Origin: Arcobacteraceae bacterium
GTDB lineage: Bacteria; Campylobacterota; Campylobacteria; Campylobacterales; Arcobacteraceae
Assembly (NCBI GenBank): GCA_048268245.1
Contig: JBLWVX010000005.1
Coordinates: forward strand, 56,003-120,002
Reading direction: 5' to 3'
Length of the DNA stretch: 64,000 bases
The position numbers and the translations under genes are program-made. The notes beneath the pieces were generated by a model. The model was given only the letters and a program-made list of their open reading frames with translations. It did not search any database and was not told where the DNA came from. Position 1 is the first letter of the stretch, and every line of letters begins with the position of its first letter. Of the stretch, positions 11,427 through 21,635 are shown piece after piece.

Positions 11427-11574
11427 ACTACTACCTATAATACTTATATAGATGTTGTATCATAAAATAATTTTATTATTTGCTATTTTGGGATATAAAA
11501 TATACAACTTTTAGATAATAGATTGTAACTAAGTTGTTATAATAATAGTATATAATCCACTAAAAGGAGAAATT

Positions 11575-11673
11575 ATGGAAATTATATATATCACATTTGC
11601 ATGCATTTTTCTAGTTGGGATTACAGCTTGTTATATAGTAAAATTTTTTGGCAATTATGAAAAAACTATTTAG
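11575..11673 (+). CDS. Putative 32-aa single-TM small protein (MEIIYITFACIFLVGITACYIVKFFGNYEKTI)
   Basis: Strong AAGGAG RBS, TATAAT upstream (11551-11556), hydrophobic core. Confidence 0.55.
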   Translation: MEIIYITFACIFLVGITACYIVKFFGNYEKTI

Positions 11674-12598
11674 CTTTTATAACTTTGTTTCTTCCACTAG
11701 TTTTTGCTTCATATAAAGCTTCATCAGCTCTTGCAAAAGTTTGCTCTAAATTATCATTGTCCTTTTGCTCATTAAACTCAGCAACACCTAAACTAACAGT
11801 ATATTTTATTTTAGTATCTTCATCTATTTTAACTTCAGTATTTTGTATATATTCTCTAATTTTTTGAGCAACTGCATAAGCATCTTCTATATTACAATCT
11901 TGAAGAAGTACAACAAATTCTTCTCCTCCAAACCTTGAAATAATATCACTATCTCTTAAGTTTTTTTCTAAAGCTCTTGCAATATGAATAATTACTTCAT
12001 CTCCCACAAGGTGTCCATAGCTATCATTTATGTTTTTAAATTTATCTATATCTAAGACAATAAGCGAAAGACTTACATTATTTCTTTTGCTGTAAGATTT
12101 TATCTTTTTTGATTGCATTGAGAAGTATCTTCTATTTGAAAGTTTTGTTAATGGATCTCTATGAATCATTTCTACAAGTTCTTCATTTAGAAGTTCTAGT
12201 TTATGATTTGTTTCACAAAGATTTGTTGTATTGTATATAAATAAACAAACAAGCTCTTTATTTTTATCATAAGGTACAATAGTAATATTTTGTTGCATAT
12301 ATTTATATATACTATTAGTAATAGACTCTACTGGAATTTTTATTAGATATCTATTTGGATTCACATTATAAAAAGAAGGGTTGTTTGTAACTAAAACAGA
12401 TTTTACTTTTCTTTTTAACTTTTTTTCATTTATGTAGTTATATAGTTCACAAATATTTTTATTTACAACATCTTCTTCTTTTTTGTATGTAAGTATTTCA
12501 AGCCATCTATTCCAAGCTAAGATATTTAGTTCTTTATCAAGTATTATAATTCCATTATCAACACTATTAAATATTACATCATTGTTTATATCAATCAT
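11666..12598 (-). CDS. PAS-like/GGDEF diguanylate cyclase
   Basis: DPLTKLSNRR, DIDKFKNIND.YGH, intact RFGGEEF with RDSD I-site. Confidence 0.92.
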   Translation of the reverse strand: MIDINNDVIFNSVDNGIIILDKELNILAWNRWLEILTYKKEEDVVNKNICELYNYINEKKLKRKVKSVLVTNNPSFYNVNPNRYLIKIPVESITNSIYKYMQQNITIVPYDKNKELVCLFIYNTTNLCETNHKLELLNEELVEMIHRDPLTKLSNRRYFSMQSKKIKSYSKRNNVSLSLIVLDIDKFKNINDSYGHLVGDEVIIHIARALEKNLRDSDIISRFGGEEFVVLLQDCNIEDAYAVAQKIREYIQNTEVKIDEDTKIKYTVSLGVAEFNEQKDNDNLEQTFARADEALYEAKTSGRNKVIKAK

Positions 12599-12604
12599 TT
12601 ATAT

Positions 12605-13225
12605 TTATAAATCCTCTAAAAACTGAGAGATTGATTCTCTTAAATATTCAGATGATTCATTTTTCGAAAGTATAATTAATTCACCTTTTATATGTTCATC
12701 TTCAAAATTAAGCTCTGTAGAGATTATAATGATATTCTCATAACTTTTGTCAAAGCCATCATTGAAGTCTTTTATGTTTGAAACTCTTTTTATATTTGGA
12801 GCTGAAAATGAAATATTCGCATCAATTAAAGAAGCTAATTTTCCTGATGTTACAGATGAAATGATATTTGTAACTTCTAAAACAACATCTTTTATTTCAT
12901 CATCATCAATTTCATCATCTTCTAAACCAAACTCTTTTGTAAGGTTATAGCTAGATTTTTCATCAATTATAAAAAGATTCTCTCCTGAAATATTTCCATG
13001 GATAAGTTGATTAGCTATAAAGTAAGTTCCATTTTCTACAATTTTTTCATTTAAGTGTTTAAGTAAACCTTCTGAAGTTACTGTATTAATTATTGGAATA
13101 TTTAAAGTTGCAAACTTATCAATGATTTTAGATATGGCAGCAGTTGCTTCACCATAAGCAATATTCATTAATTCTTGTAAGCAGTCTCTTTCCTCTTCAT
13201 TTAAATCAATAAGATTTTTGCCCAT
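12605..13225 (-). CDS. CheC-family phosphatase
   Basis: DCLQELMNIAYG and EVTNII (ExxN) motifs, FSAP. Confidence 0.85.
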   Translation of the reverse strand: MGKNLIDLNEEERDCLQELMNIAYGEATAAISKIIDKFATLNIPIINTVTSEGLLKHLNEKIVENGTYFIANQLIHGNISGENLFIIDEKSSYNLTKEFGLEDDEIDDDEIKDVVLEVTNIISSVTSGKLASLIDANISFSAPNIKRVSNIKDFNDGFDKSYENIIIISTELNFEDEHIKGELIILSKNESSEYLRESISQFLEDL

Positions 13226-13590
13226 TAGATTAATCCAAGTTTTTCAAGCATCTTTTTTAAATTTTCTAAGTTTATAGGTTTTTTTATAAAACCTAAAGCA
13301 CCATTATCTTTAGCTTTTTGCATAGCTTGTTCTTGAATGTCAGCACTTACTATAATGATTTTAGAATCTTTATCAAATTCGCTAATTTGTTTAGTTGCTT
13401 CAAATCCATCAACTACTGGCATTGTTAAGTCCATAAAACAAATAGAAGGATTGTGCTCCTTGTAAAGCTCAATAGCTTCTTGGCCATTTGTAGCTTCTAC
13501 AATATTTGAGTCATCACTTATTATCTCTTTTAAATTCTTAATTGTCATTTTTCTTGCTAGTTTAGAATCATCAACTACTAAATATGTCAT
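13225..13590 (-). CDS. Single-domain response regulator (CheY-like)
   Basis: VVDDS, FMDLTMP..DG, SAD, KP. Confidence 0.92.
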   Translation of the reverse strand: MTYLVVDDSKLARKMTIKNLKEIISDDSNIVEATNGQEAIELYKEHNPSICFMDLTMPVVDGFEATKQISEFDKDSKIIIVSADIQEQAMQKAKDNGALGFIKKPINLENLKKMLEKLGLI

Positions 13591-13699
13591 AAAGTATCCT
13601 CAATTAATTTCCAACATTGTAGCATAATAAATTTTGTTTTAATTTGAAAAAAGTGTTAGTTTGTAATGTTTTTTGTGATTTTATATTTGTGTACGTAAA

Positions 13700-13777
13700 T
13701 GGTCGGGGCGAGAGGATTCGAACCTCCGGCCCCCTGGTCCCAAACCAGGTGCGCTAACCAGACTGCGCTACGCCCCG
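13700..13777 (-). tRNA. tRNA-Pro (TGG)
   Basis: CGGGGCG acceptor stem, TGG anticodon, GTTCGAATC T-loop, encoded CCA. Confidence 0.97.
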
Positions 13778-13795
13778 ACGATTAATAAGGCGGGA

Positions 13796-13824
13796 ATAAT
13801 ACTATGTTTTTTAATAATTGTCAA
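13796..13824 (-). promoter_or_regulatory. Sigma70 promoter of tRNA-Pro
   Basis: TTGACA-17 bp-TATTAT followed by GC-rich CCCGCC discriminator. Confidence 0.75.
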
Positions 13825-13841
13825 GGGTATATGATAAAAAG

Positions 13842-14312
13842 TTACTGAATTTTTGAAATTTCAATATCATTTATGTTTTCTACTAGTTTAAATAAGCTAT
13901 TATCTTTCATTTCTAAATAACCTTTACTTTTAATTCTTCCTTTAGAATTATAAACAAATTTGTAGTTTTTATCAAAACTTACTGTAATAAACTTATCTTT
14001 TTTTACTTCTAATTTTTCAGTTTTCACATCATTTGCCATAGCTTTTTTTAAAATATATATAATTGCGTATTTATCTTTTTTATATTTTGTAGTTTCTTTA
14101 TTTTTTATACCATTAAAATCTTCGTTATAAAAAACAAACTTGTCTTTTCCAAGTAAAAATCTTGCTATTGAATTTGTTACTTTTGCTTCTAAATAGTTCT
14201 CTTTTAATGAGCCAAAGTTTTCTATTTCGCCTAAAGTAATTCCTTTAAATTTTATAGAGTAGTTAGCAAAAGCAAAGTTTGCTAGTAGTAGAACTGGTAA
14301 TAAAAATTTCAT
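13842..14312 (-). CDS. Exported hypothetical protein
   Basis: Signal peptide ending AFA; AAGGA RBS. Confidence 0.7.
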   Translation of the reverse strand: MKFLLPVLLLANFAFANYSIKFKGITLGEIENFGSLKENYLEAKVTNSIARFLLGKDKFVFYNEDFNGIKNKETTKYKKDKYAIIYILKKAMANDVKTEKLEVKKDKFITVSFDKNYKFVYNSKGRIKSKGYLEMKDNSLFKLVENINDIEISKIQ

Positions 14313-14364
14313 TTTCTTCCTTTAACATGTATCGTATATCTAAAAAGTGTATTTTTTGTGAGCC

Positions 14365-14868
14365 TTAGTTATTAAAGATACTTGTTTTTTCAATCAAAAT
14401 ATCATTGTGATTAACAAATCTTTCACATCTAAGTCCATTTATTTTTTTACAAATTAGTTGCCATTTTTTTGTATGTCCTGAATTTTCTTTTGAAAAGTCA
14501 CCTAAAAAAAACATAATAGCATGAGCATACTCATGTGGTAAAACATCATTTATCATATAATTAGAACTTTCTTTAAATCTTTTTTTGTTTAAATATATTT
14601 TTATACTGCCATTTTTTTCATATACTGCCATACCAAATCTATTATCATTCATATCACTTGATACTATAACTGGAAAGTCTTTTATCACATTAAAATTAAT
14701 TTTTGCTAAATATTTAAGTTCTTTTTGTTTTATTTTTATTTGTTGTATATATCTTTTATCTAAGGGGTTTTCAAAAAAAGTATAATCTTTATACCAAATA
14801 AAAACTAATAGTGCAGCTGCACTAATAGTTATAAATAAAAATATTTTTTGTAGATTTTGAAAAAACAT
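14365..14868 (-). CDS. SprT-like zinc metalloprotease domain protein, membrane-anchored
   Basis: PHEYAH..GHTKKW motif; N-terminal TM. Confidence 0.8.
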   Translation of the reverse strand: MFFQNLQKIFLFITISAAALLVFIWYKDYTFFENPLDKRYIQQIKIKQKELKYLAKINFNVIKDFPVIVSSDMNDNRFGMAVYEKNGSIKIYLNKKRFKESSNYMINDVLPHEYAHAIMFFLGDFSKENSGHTKKWQLICKKINGLRCERFVNHNDILIEKTSIFNN

Positions 14869-14873
14869 TTGTT

Positions 14874-15347
14874 TTATCCAATTGTTTTTATTAAAATATC
14901 TCTGTAGTGATTTAACTCTTTCATTTTTGTATCATCTCCACCATTTATATCAGGATGATATTTTCTTGCTAATTCTTTGTATCTTTTTTTTACCTCTTCT
15001 TTTGTAGGCTCACTTGTGAAACCAAAAAAGTCTTTTGCTTGTTGTATTTCATTATATCTTGGCTGGTTTGCAAAATTCTGGAAATCATTGGCATTGAAAT
15101 TTTTAAAATCATTAAAGTTAAAGTTTGGATTTCCTCCTTGAGAAAATTCTTGACCATTAAACTTGAAGTGAAAACTATTTGAACGTATTTTCTTTTTTAA
15201 ATTATAGATAATTATAAATCCTATAATAAAGATAATACCAATTATCATCAAAAATGTTCCAAAGTTTGTAAATATTAAATATAAAATAAAAAATATTATT
15301 GAAAGTCTTACTAGTCTGTTAAATATATAAATAGCTGTATTGTTCAT
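14874..15347 (-). CDS. Membrane-anchored DnaJ-domain protein
   Basis: C-terminal J-domain (LARKYHPD); N-terminal TM helices. Confidence 0.85.
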   Translation of the reverse strand: MNNTAIYIFNRLVRLSIIFFILYLIFTNFGTFLMIIGIIFIIGFIIIYNLKKKIRSNSFHFKFNGQEFSQGGNPNFNFNDFKNFNANDFQNFANQPRYNEIQQAKDFFGFTSEPTKEEVKKRYKELARKYHPDINGGDDTKMKELNHYRDILIKTIG

Positions 15348-15569
15348 AAAAATCTAAATCCTTTAAAATAAATATGTATTATAGTATTCTTTTTAAAATA
15401 AGTAAATTAAAGGTATTTCTTATATTAAAATTAATTATATTTATTAAATGTGTTACAAAAGTAATCATTAAAACTTTAAAAATATTGCTATTTAAATGCT
15501 ATGCAAAAATTATCATAAAAATATCACATGCTAGGAATATTCTTTTTGAGTTAAAACAAGGAGGAATAC

Positions 15570-17261
15570 ATGAGTATTGGTTTACAAGCATTTTTTGCTG
15601 CATTACCTATATTTTTAGCTGGTATTTTACTAGTAGGTTTAAGGGTTTCTGCTAAAAAAGCAATGCCTTTAGTTTATATTGCAACAGTTGGTGTTGCATT
15701 TGTTGTGTGGGAAGTTTCTTTCAATAGAGTTATGGCTTCAACTATTCAAGGTCTACTTATAACAGTTGCTGTTTTATGGATTATTTTTGGTGCGATTTTA
15801 CTTTTAAATACACTAAAACATTCAGGTGCGATTGCTGTAATTAGACAAGGTTTCAACAATATTAGTCCAGATAGAAGACTTCAAGTGATTATTATTGCTT
15901 GGTTATTTGGCTCATTCATTGAAGGTGCTTCTGGATTTGGTACACCTGCTGCTATTGCTGCACCACTTTTAGTTGCGATTGGTTTCCCTGCTATGGCTGC
16001 TGTAATGGTTGGTATGATGATTCAAAGTACACCTGTATCTTTTGGTGCAGTTGGAACGCCTATTTTAATAGGGGTAAATAAAGGTTTAGATGCTCAAGGA
16101 ATAGGGCTAACTTTAGAAACTTTAGGTTCATCTTGGGATGCTTATTTACAAATTATTACTTCTCAAGTTGCTATCACTCATGCAATAGTTGGTACTTTAA
16201 TACCTTTATTTATGACAGTAATGCTAACAAGATTTTTTGGTGAAAATAAATCATGGAGTGAAGGTTTAAGTATTTTACCATTTGCTATTTTTGCTGGACT
16301 TGCATTTACTATTCCTTATGCTTTAACAGGAATTTTCTTAGGTGCGGAATTCCCATCATTAATAGGTGCATTAGTTGGACTTCCAATAGTTATGTTTGCA
16401 GCTAAAAAAGGTTTCTTAGTTCCTAAGAAAACTTGGGATTTTGCTCCTAAAGAGAAATGGCCTACATCATGGGTTTCAAAATTAGAGATTAAATTAGATG
16501 CAATGAGTGCAAAAGTTCCAATGTCTTTAACAAAAGCTTGGATTCCATACGTATTAGTTGCTGTAATTTTAGTAATCACAAGAGTTAGTGATGAAGCAAA
16601 AGCTTTTGTTAAATCTTGGGTTATTCCATTTAAAGATATTTTAGGTGAAAACTTAGCTTACTCTATTACGCCACTTTACTTACCTGGTGGTATTTTAGTA
16701 TTTGTGGTATTAGTTACTTATTTCTTACATAAAATGGAATTTAAAGAAATGAAAGAAGCTATTGGTGAGTCTTCTAAAATTATGTTAGGTGCTGGATTTG
16801 TTCTTGTATTTACAATCCCTTTAGTTAGAGTTTTAATCAATTCAGGTGTAAATGATTCTGGTTTTGATTCAATGCCTGTAGCAATGGCTAATTTTGTGGC
16901 TGCATCAGTTGGAGATATTTATCCATTATTCGCTCCAATGGTAGGTGCTTTAGGTGCATTTATTGCAGGAAGTAATACTGTTTCAAATATGATGTTAGCA
17001 CAATATCAGTTTGGTGTAGCAGATGCTTTAGGAGTATCAACTGCGTTTATGGTTGCACTTCAAGCTGTAGGAGCAGCAGCTGGTAATATGATTGCAATTC
17101 ATAATGTTGTTGCAGCAAGTGCAACTGTTGGACTTCTTGATCAAGAAGGACAAACACTAAGAAGAACAATTATTCCTACAATTTATTATTGTTTATTAGC
17201 AGGTATTATAGGACTTGTTGGTATGTATGTATTAGGTGTAGTTGATCCACTTATGAAATAA
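15570..17261 (+). CDS. lctP: L-lactate permease
   Basis: [32 protein letters not shown] motifs; polytopic membrane protein. Confidence 0.92.
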   Translation: MSIGLQAFFAALPIFLAGILLVGLRVSAKKAMPLVYIATVGVAFVVWEVSFNRVMASTIQGLLITVAVLWIIFGAILLLNTLKHSGAIAVIRQGFNNISPDRRLQVIIIAWLFGSFIEGASGFGTPAAIAAPLLVAIGFPAMAAVMVGMMIQSTPVSFGAVGTPILIGVNKGLDAQGIGLTLETLGSSWDAYLQIITSQVAITHAIVGTLIPLFMTVMLTRFFGENKSWSEGLSILPFAIFAGLAFTIPYALTGIFLGAEFPSLIGALVGLPIVMFAAKKGFLVPKKTWDFAPKEKWPTSWVSKLEIKLDAMSAKVPMSLTKAWIPYVLVAVILVITRVSDEAKAFVKSWVIPFKDILGENLAYSITPLYLPGGILVFVVLVTYFLHKMEFKEMKEAIGESSKIMLGAGFVLVFTIPLVRVLINSGVNDSGFDSMPVAMANFVAASVGDIYPLFAPMVGALGAFIAGSNTVSNMMLAQYQFGVADALGVSTAFMVALQAVGAAAGNMIAIHNVVAASATVGLLDQEGQTLRRTIIPTIYYCLLAGIIGLVGMYVLGVVDPLMK

Positions 17262-17287
17262 AGAAAAGAGAATTTCTCTCTTTTCTT
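17261..17287 (+). terminator. Intrinsic terminator after lctP
   Basis: AAGAAAAGAGA-loop-TCTCTTTTCTT hairpin right after the stop codon. Confidence 0.7.
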
Positions 17288-17365
17288 AAACTACTATTTT
17301 AACCTCTTTATAACCTCTTTTTTGATAATCTAAACTATAATTTTTATACATAGGCAACTAATTTT

Positions 17366-19297
17366 ATGTTAAATAAACTTTTAGAAAAAAAAGAACTATT
17401 ATTTGGTAAAAAAGAGTCATTAGAAGAACTTGTACTAAAAAAGCCTTTTAATGAAAAAAAACTTCAAAAAGCAATATATTCATATGAATTAGACTTAAAT
17501 AATCAATATTTATTAAAACTATGTATAGAGAATAACTCTTATGAAGCTTTAACTTTTCTTGTGGAAAAAGCTGGTTTTAAAATAGAAAAACTAGATGTAA
17601 ATAAAGAGAACTTACTATTCTTAGCTATAAAAGAAAAATCCAAAGAGTGTTGTAAAGTTTTATTAGCAAATAATATAGATGTAAATCAAGCAAACATAAA
17701 TAAAGTAACCCCCTTACATCTTGTAACAAAAAGTGGAATGCAAGAGATATTTGATATTATCACTGATAGAGTTGATAACCTTGAAATTGAAGATAAAGAT
17801 GGAAGAAATATTCTATTTTATGCTATACAATCAAAAAAGTTTGAGATTATAAAAAAAGTATTTCAACTAACTTCTATAAAACTTAACTTTAAAGATAAGC
17901 AAGAAAATACTATCGTTCATTTAAAAGAAATTACTGCAAATCTTGAGTTATTTAAATTCTTTGTAAGTAAAGGATTAAATGTAGATAATATAAATAAGAA
18001 TAATGAAGATTTTTTATATTTAAACTGTTTAGATTTAGATATCCCAGAAGAACTTTTTATATCATTTTTACAAAAAAGTAATTTAAAAGATAGAAAATAT
18101 GGATTAAATGAAGAATCAATTTTGATGAGAATAGTAAAAAAAATACTCTCAATAGATATTCAAGTTTTAGAAAACAAAGGGCTGGTTACTAAATATCAAG
18201 ATAGACTTATTTCATTTATTGAACATGGAGTTGATGCAAATAGTTTAAATAGTGAAAATGAAAACTTTTTATTTGATGTAGTTAAAGCAAAGAATTATTT
18301 AGTTTTAGAGTTTTTAGTAAATAGAACTAAAGTAAATATTAATCAAATCAATAAACATGGTCAAAACTTACTTGATTTAGCAATTTTTAATGATAAACCA
18401 AATATAGAGTTAATTAAAAAGTTAGTTTATACAAATATAGATTGTAGTGTAAAAGACAAAGATGGTTTTACAATTGTTGAGAAACTTGTAGATGTTATTT
18501 TAAGTGAAGATATTCCTAATAGAGTACGTAAAATTGGAAAAACAAAAAGTGCTAAGAATGTAAATTATACTCAAGTTTTAACATTTATTTTAGACTATAC
18601 AAAAATTGATACAAATGAAATTATGTTTGAAGGTGAACCAATTGTTTTTGAAATAGGAAAATCTTTTCATGTACCATTATTAGAAATATTTAAAAAATAT
18701 GGTGCAAATTTAAATATAGTGGGTAAAAAAGATAAGCTTACAATCTTTTATAAGGTTTTAGAAGCAGGTAAAAATGCTAGGGATGAGAGAGCACTTTTTT
18801 TAAAAATGTTAAAGTACTTAGTATTGTGTGATGTTGATTTAGACCATAAAGACTCCCATGGTGGAAATGTTATACATAAAGCTATTTTAGACCATGATCT
18901 ACAAGTAGTAAACATTTTAACCTTAAGAGTTAAAAATTTTAAAGCAAGAGATAAAAAAGGAAGAACATATATTCATAATACAGTTTGGGATAATAAAGCA
19001 GATATTTTAAAGAAAATTGCTTTTAAAAATAAAGAATTGATGAATATACCTGATAAATTTGGTTTATTACCTATTAACTATGGGGTTATTATGGGCAAAA
19101 AAGAAGTTGTATTTGCTTTAATAAAAATGGGAGCTTATTTAAATAACCCAAACAAAGTAAATGAGCAATTTAAAGAGCAATTCTTTTCTAAGCTTGGAAA
19201 ATTAGAAGATATTTTAAGTTCAACTATGACAGAAAATGAAAGAACTTTAATGACTGAGTTAGTTAGAAGTATGCAAAAAGAACTTAATATAGAATAG
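17366..19297 (+). CDS. Ankyrin-repeat protein (paralogue 1)
   Basis: Repeated TPLH / GRNILFYA / GxDVN units. Confidence 0.88.
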   Translation: MLNKLLEKKELLFGKKESLEELVLKKPFNEKKLQKAIYSYELDLNNQYLLKLCIENNSYEALTFLVEKAGFKIEKLDVNKENLLFLAIKEKSKECCKVLLANNIDVNQANINKVTPLHLVTKSGMQEIFDIITDRVDNLEIEDKDGRNILFYAIQSKKFEIIKKVFQLTSIKLNFKDKQENTIVHLKEITANLELFKFFVSKGLNVDNINKNNEDFLYLNCLDLDIPEELFISFLQKSNLKDRKYGLNEESILMRIVKKILSIDIQVLENKGLVTKYQDRLISFIEHGVDANSLNSENENFLFDVVKAKNYLVLEFLVNRTKVNINQINKHGQNLLDLAIFNDKPNIELIKKLVYTNIDCSVKDKDGFTIVEKLVDVILSEDIPNRVRKIGKTKSAKNVNYTQVLTFILDYTKIDTNEIMFEGEPIVFEIGKSFHVPLLEIFKKYGANLNIVGKKDKLTIFYKVLEAGKNARDERALFLKMLKYLVLCDVDLDHKDSHGGNVIHKAILDHDLQVVNILTLRVKNFKARDKKGRTYIHNTVWDNKADILKKIAFKNKELMNIPDKFGLLPINYGVIMGKKEVVFALIKMGAYLNNPNKVNEQFKEQFFSKLGKLEDILSSTMTENERTLMTELVRSMQKELNIE

Positions 19298-19392
19298 AAA
19301 TAATTTTTAAAATACCTTAAATTTGGGGTTTTAATTCAAGTATAATAAAAGAATTGGTATTCTTTCTACAATGAAAGAGAAAAGGTATAATA

Positions 19393-21306
19393 ATGCTAGG
19401 TAATTTGTTTGGTAGTAGTGAAACTATCGAAGAGTTAATAATAAAGAAACCTTTTAATGAAAAAGCAGTAGAAAAAAAATTAGCTAAATCTGATTTTAAT
19501 AAAAATGATAGTTCTTTACTTCATCATTGTGCTAAGTATGATGCTTTTAATGCAGTTAATTACTTACTAAATATTGGAGTTAAACTTAATTCTTTAAATG
19601 AATTTAATGAAAATGCACTTTTCACAGCATTAAAAAACTCAAGTTTAGAAACTTCTAAATTATTATTAAAAAAAGGTATAGATGTAAATCAAGAAAATTT
19701 AGATGGTGAAATCCCTTTACATTTAGCTTTTAAATATGGAGCAATTCAATTAATAGACATAATTGCTTCAAAAACACAAGATACAAATAAAAAAAATAAA
19801 CAAGGTAGAACAGCACTATTTTATGCAATACAGTCAAAAAATAGATTAGCTATTAAAAAAGTTTTAACCTTAAGTAGTGAACTAGATATAAATCAACAAG
19901 ATAATAATGGTAATACAATCTGTCATCTAAAAGAGATAACTTCTGATTTAAATATTTTTGATGGATTGATAGACTTAGGATTAGATTTAAATTCAATAAA
20001 CAATAATGGAGAAGATTTTTTATATCTAAATTGTTTGGACTTAGATTTAAATAATAACCTTTTTTCTTTTGCTATAAGAAATAATGCTTCTTTAAATAGA
20101 AGATATGGTACAAAGAAAAATACTTTATTAATGCATTTAGTAAATAAACTATTAACTTATGATATTCAAGTTTATGAAAATAAAAGTTTTATAAATAAAT
20201 ACCAAGATAGAATAATGACTTTTATTGAAAATGGTGCAAATGTAAATCTTCTAAATTTAGAAGAAGAGAATTTGCTATTTAATATTATAAGAGCAAGAAG
20301 TGAGTTTAATTTAGACTTTATTCTTAACTCTACATCTATAAATGTGAACCAAACTAATGCTATTGGAAATACAGTTTTAGATATTGCTATTTTTAATGGT
20401 AAACCTAATATTGATTTAATTAAAAGACTTCTTTTTTCTAATATTGACTCGAGTTTAAAAGATAAGAATAATCATAGTGTTATTGAAAAAGTGGTAGATA
20501 TTATATTAAGTGAAAATTCTCCAAATAGAGTTAGAAAAGTATCTAATATTAGGGTATATCCTGAGGTTGATTATAATCAGATTTTAAATTTACTTCTAGA
20601 GTTTATAAAAGTTGATATAAATGAAATTTTCTTTGAAAGTGAGCCTATTATTTTTGAAATTGCAAAATATTTTAATGTTCCTTTACTTGAGACGTTTAAA
20701 AAGTATGGGGCAAATTTAGATATTTTAAGTAAAAAAGATAATCTAAATGTATTTTATAGCGTTCTTCAATCAGGAAAAGAACAAAAGAACCAAAAACAAA
20801 ACTTCCATAAAACTTTGAATTTTTTAGTTTTAAATAACATAAATATTGATTGTAAAGACTCTTATGGAGGAAATGTAATACATAAAGCAATATTAGACCA
20901 TGATTTACAAGTTATAAATATTCTTACTAAAAGAATAGGGGACTACAGAGCAGTTGATAATAAAGGTAGAAACTACATCCATAATACAGTATGGAGTGAT
21001 AAAATAGATATACTGAAGAAAATTGCTTTAAAAAATAGAGACCTTATTAATAAACCTGATAGATTTGGTATTTTACCAATAAACTATGCTGTTATTATGG
21101 GAAAAAAAGAGGTTGTATTTTCTTTAATAAAATTAGGAGCTTTTTTAAATAATCATAATAAAATCAATCAGCAGTTTAAAGAGAGCTTTTTCTCTAAACT
21201 AGGAGATTTAGATGATATCTTAAATACTTCTATGACTGTAAATGAAAGAAGTTTAATGACTAAACTTGTATCTAATATGAAAGAAGAGTTTCACATAAAG
21301 AAATAG
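19393..21306 (+). CDS. Ankyrin-repeat protein (paralogue 2)
   Basis: Colinear with the upstream gene (shared EDFLYLNCLDLD, KYQDR, GGNVIHKAILDHDLQV). Confidence 0.88.
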   Translation: MLGNLFGSSETIEELIIKKPFNEKAVEKKLAKSDFNKNDSSLLHHCAKYDAFNAVNYLLNIGVKLNSLNEFNENALFTALKNSSLETSKLLLKKGIDVNQENLDGEIPLHLAFKYGAIQLIDIIASKTQDTNKKNKQGRTALFYAIQSKNRLAIKKVLTLSSELDINQQDNNGNTICHLKEITSDLNIFDGLIDLGLDLNSINNNGEDFLYLNCLDLDLNNNLFSFAIRNNASLNRRYGTKKNTLLMHLVNKLLTYDIQVYENKSFINKYQDRIMTFIENGANVNLLNLEEENLLFNIIRARSEFNLDFILNSTSINVNQTNAIGNTVLDIAIFNGKPNIDLIKRLLFSNIDSSLKDKNNHSVIEKVVDIILSENSPNRVRKVSNIRVYPEVDYNQILNLLLEFIKVDINEIFFESEPIIFEIAKYFNVPLLETFKKYGANLDILSKKDNLNVFYSVLQSGKEQKNQKQNFHKTLNFLVLNNINIDCKDSYGGNVIHKAILDHDLQVINILTKRIGDYRAVDNKGRNYIHNTVWSDKIDILKKIALKNRDLINKPDRFGILPINYAVIMGKKEVVFSLIKLGAFLNNHNKINQQFKESFFSKLGDLDDILNTSMTVNERSLMTKLVSNMKEEFHIKK

Positions 21307-21311
21307 CTTTA

Positions 21312-21582
21312 TTAGTTTTTTACTGTTTGCGCTATCTTCTTTAACTCTTCTTTTAGTTTTATAAAAACATCAATAATTTCAGGATCAAAGTGTTTACCTT
21401 TTCCTTCAAGAATTATATTTTCTGCATCTTTGTATGTAAATGATGGCAGAGTCTTGGTATATATCTTTTGTATTTACATTGGCATTGTTTTAATTAGTAG
21501 TTTAGCTACTTCAAGTTCATTAAGTCTAACTGCTAAATGTAATAGTTGATATGAATATTGATAGTAAAAATAATTTCTTCAT
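21312..21582 (-). pseudogene. Collapsed relic: signal peptide + ankyrin fragment + HD-GYP C-terminus
   Basis: AAGGA RBS then MKKLFLLSIFIS; LLHLAVRLNELEVAKLLIK..NANVNTKD; ..EGKGKHFDPEIIDVF..stop; pieces broken by frameshifts. Confidence 0.7.
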
Positions 21583-21635
21583 GGATAGTTCCTTAGATTT
21601 TATTTTATAAAAAATAGCTTAATAAAAGAATTATT

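Noticed and set aside
13700..13777. tRNA-Pro as an island or prophage attachment site
   Set aside because: No adjacent integrase and no duplicated tRNA 3' end noticed in the window.
15374..15655. 93-aa ORF before lctP
   Set aside because: Low-complexity AT-rich promoter region, overlapping lctP out of frame.
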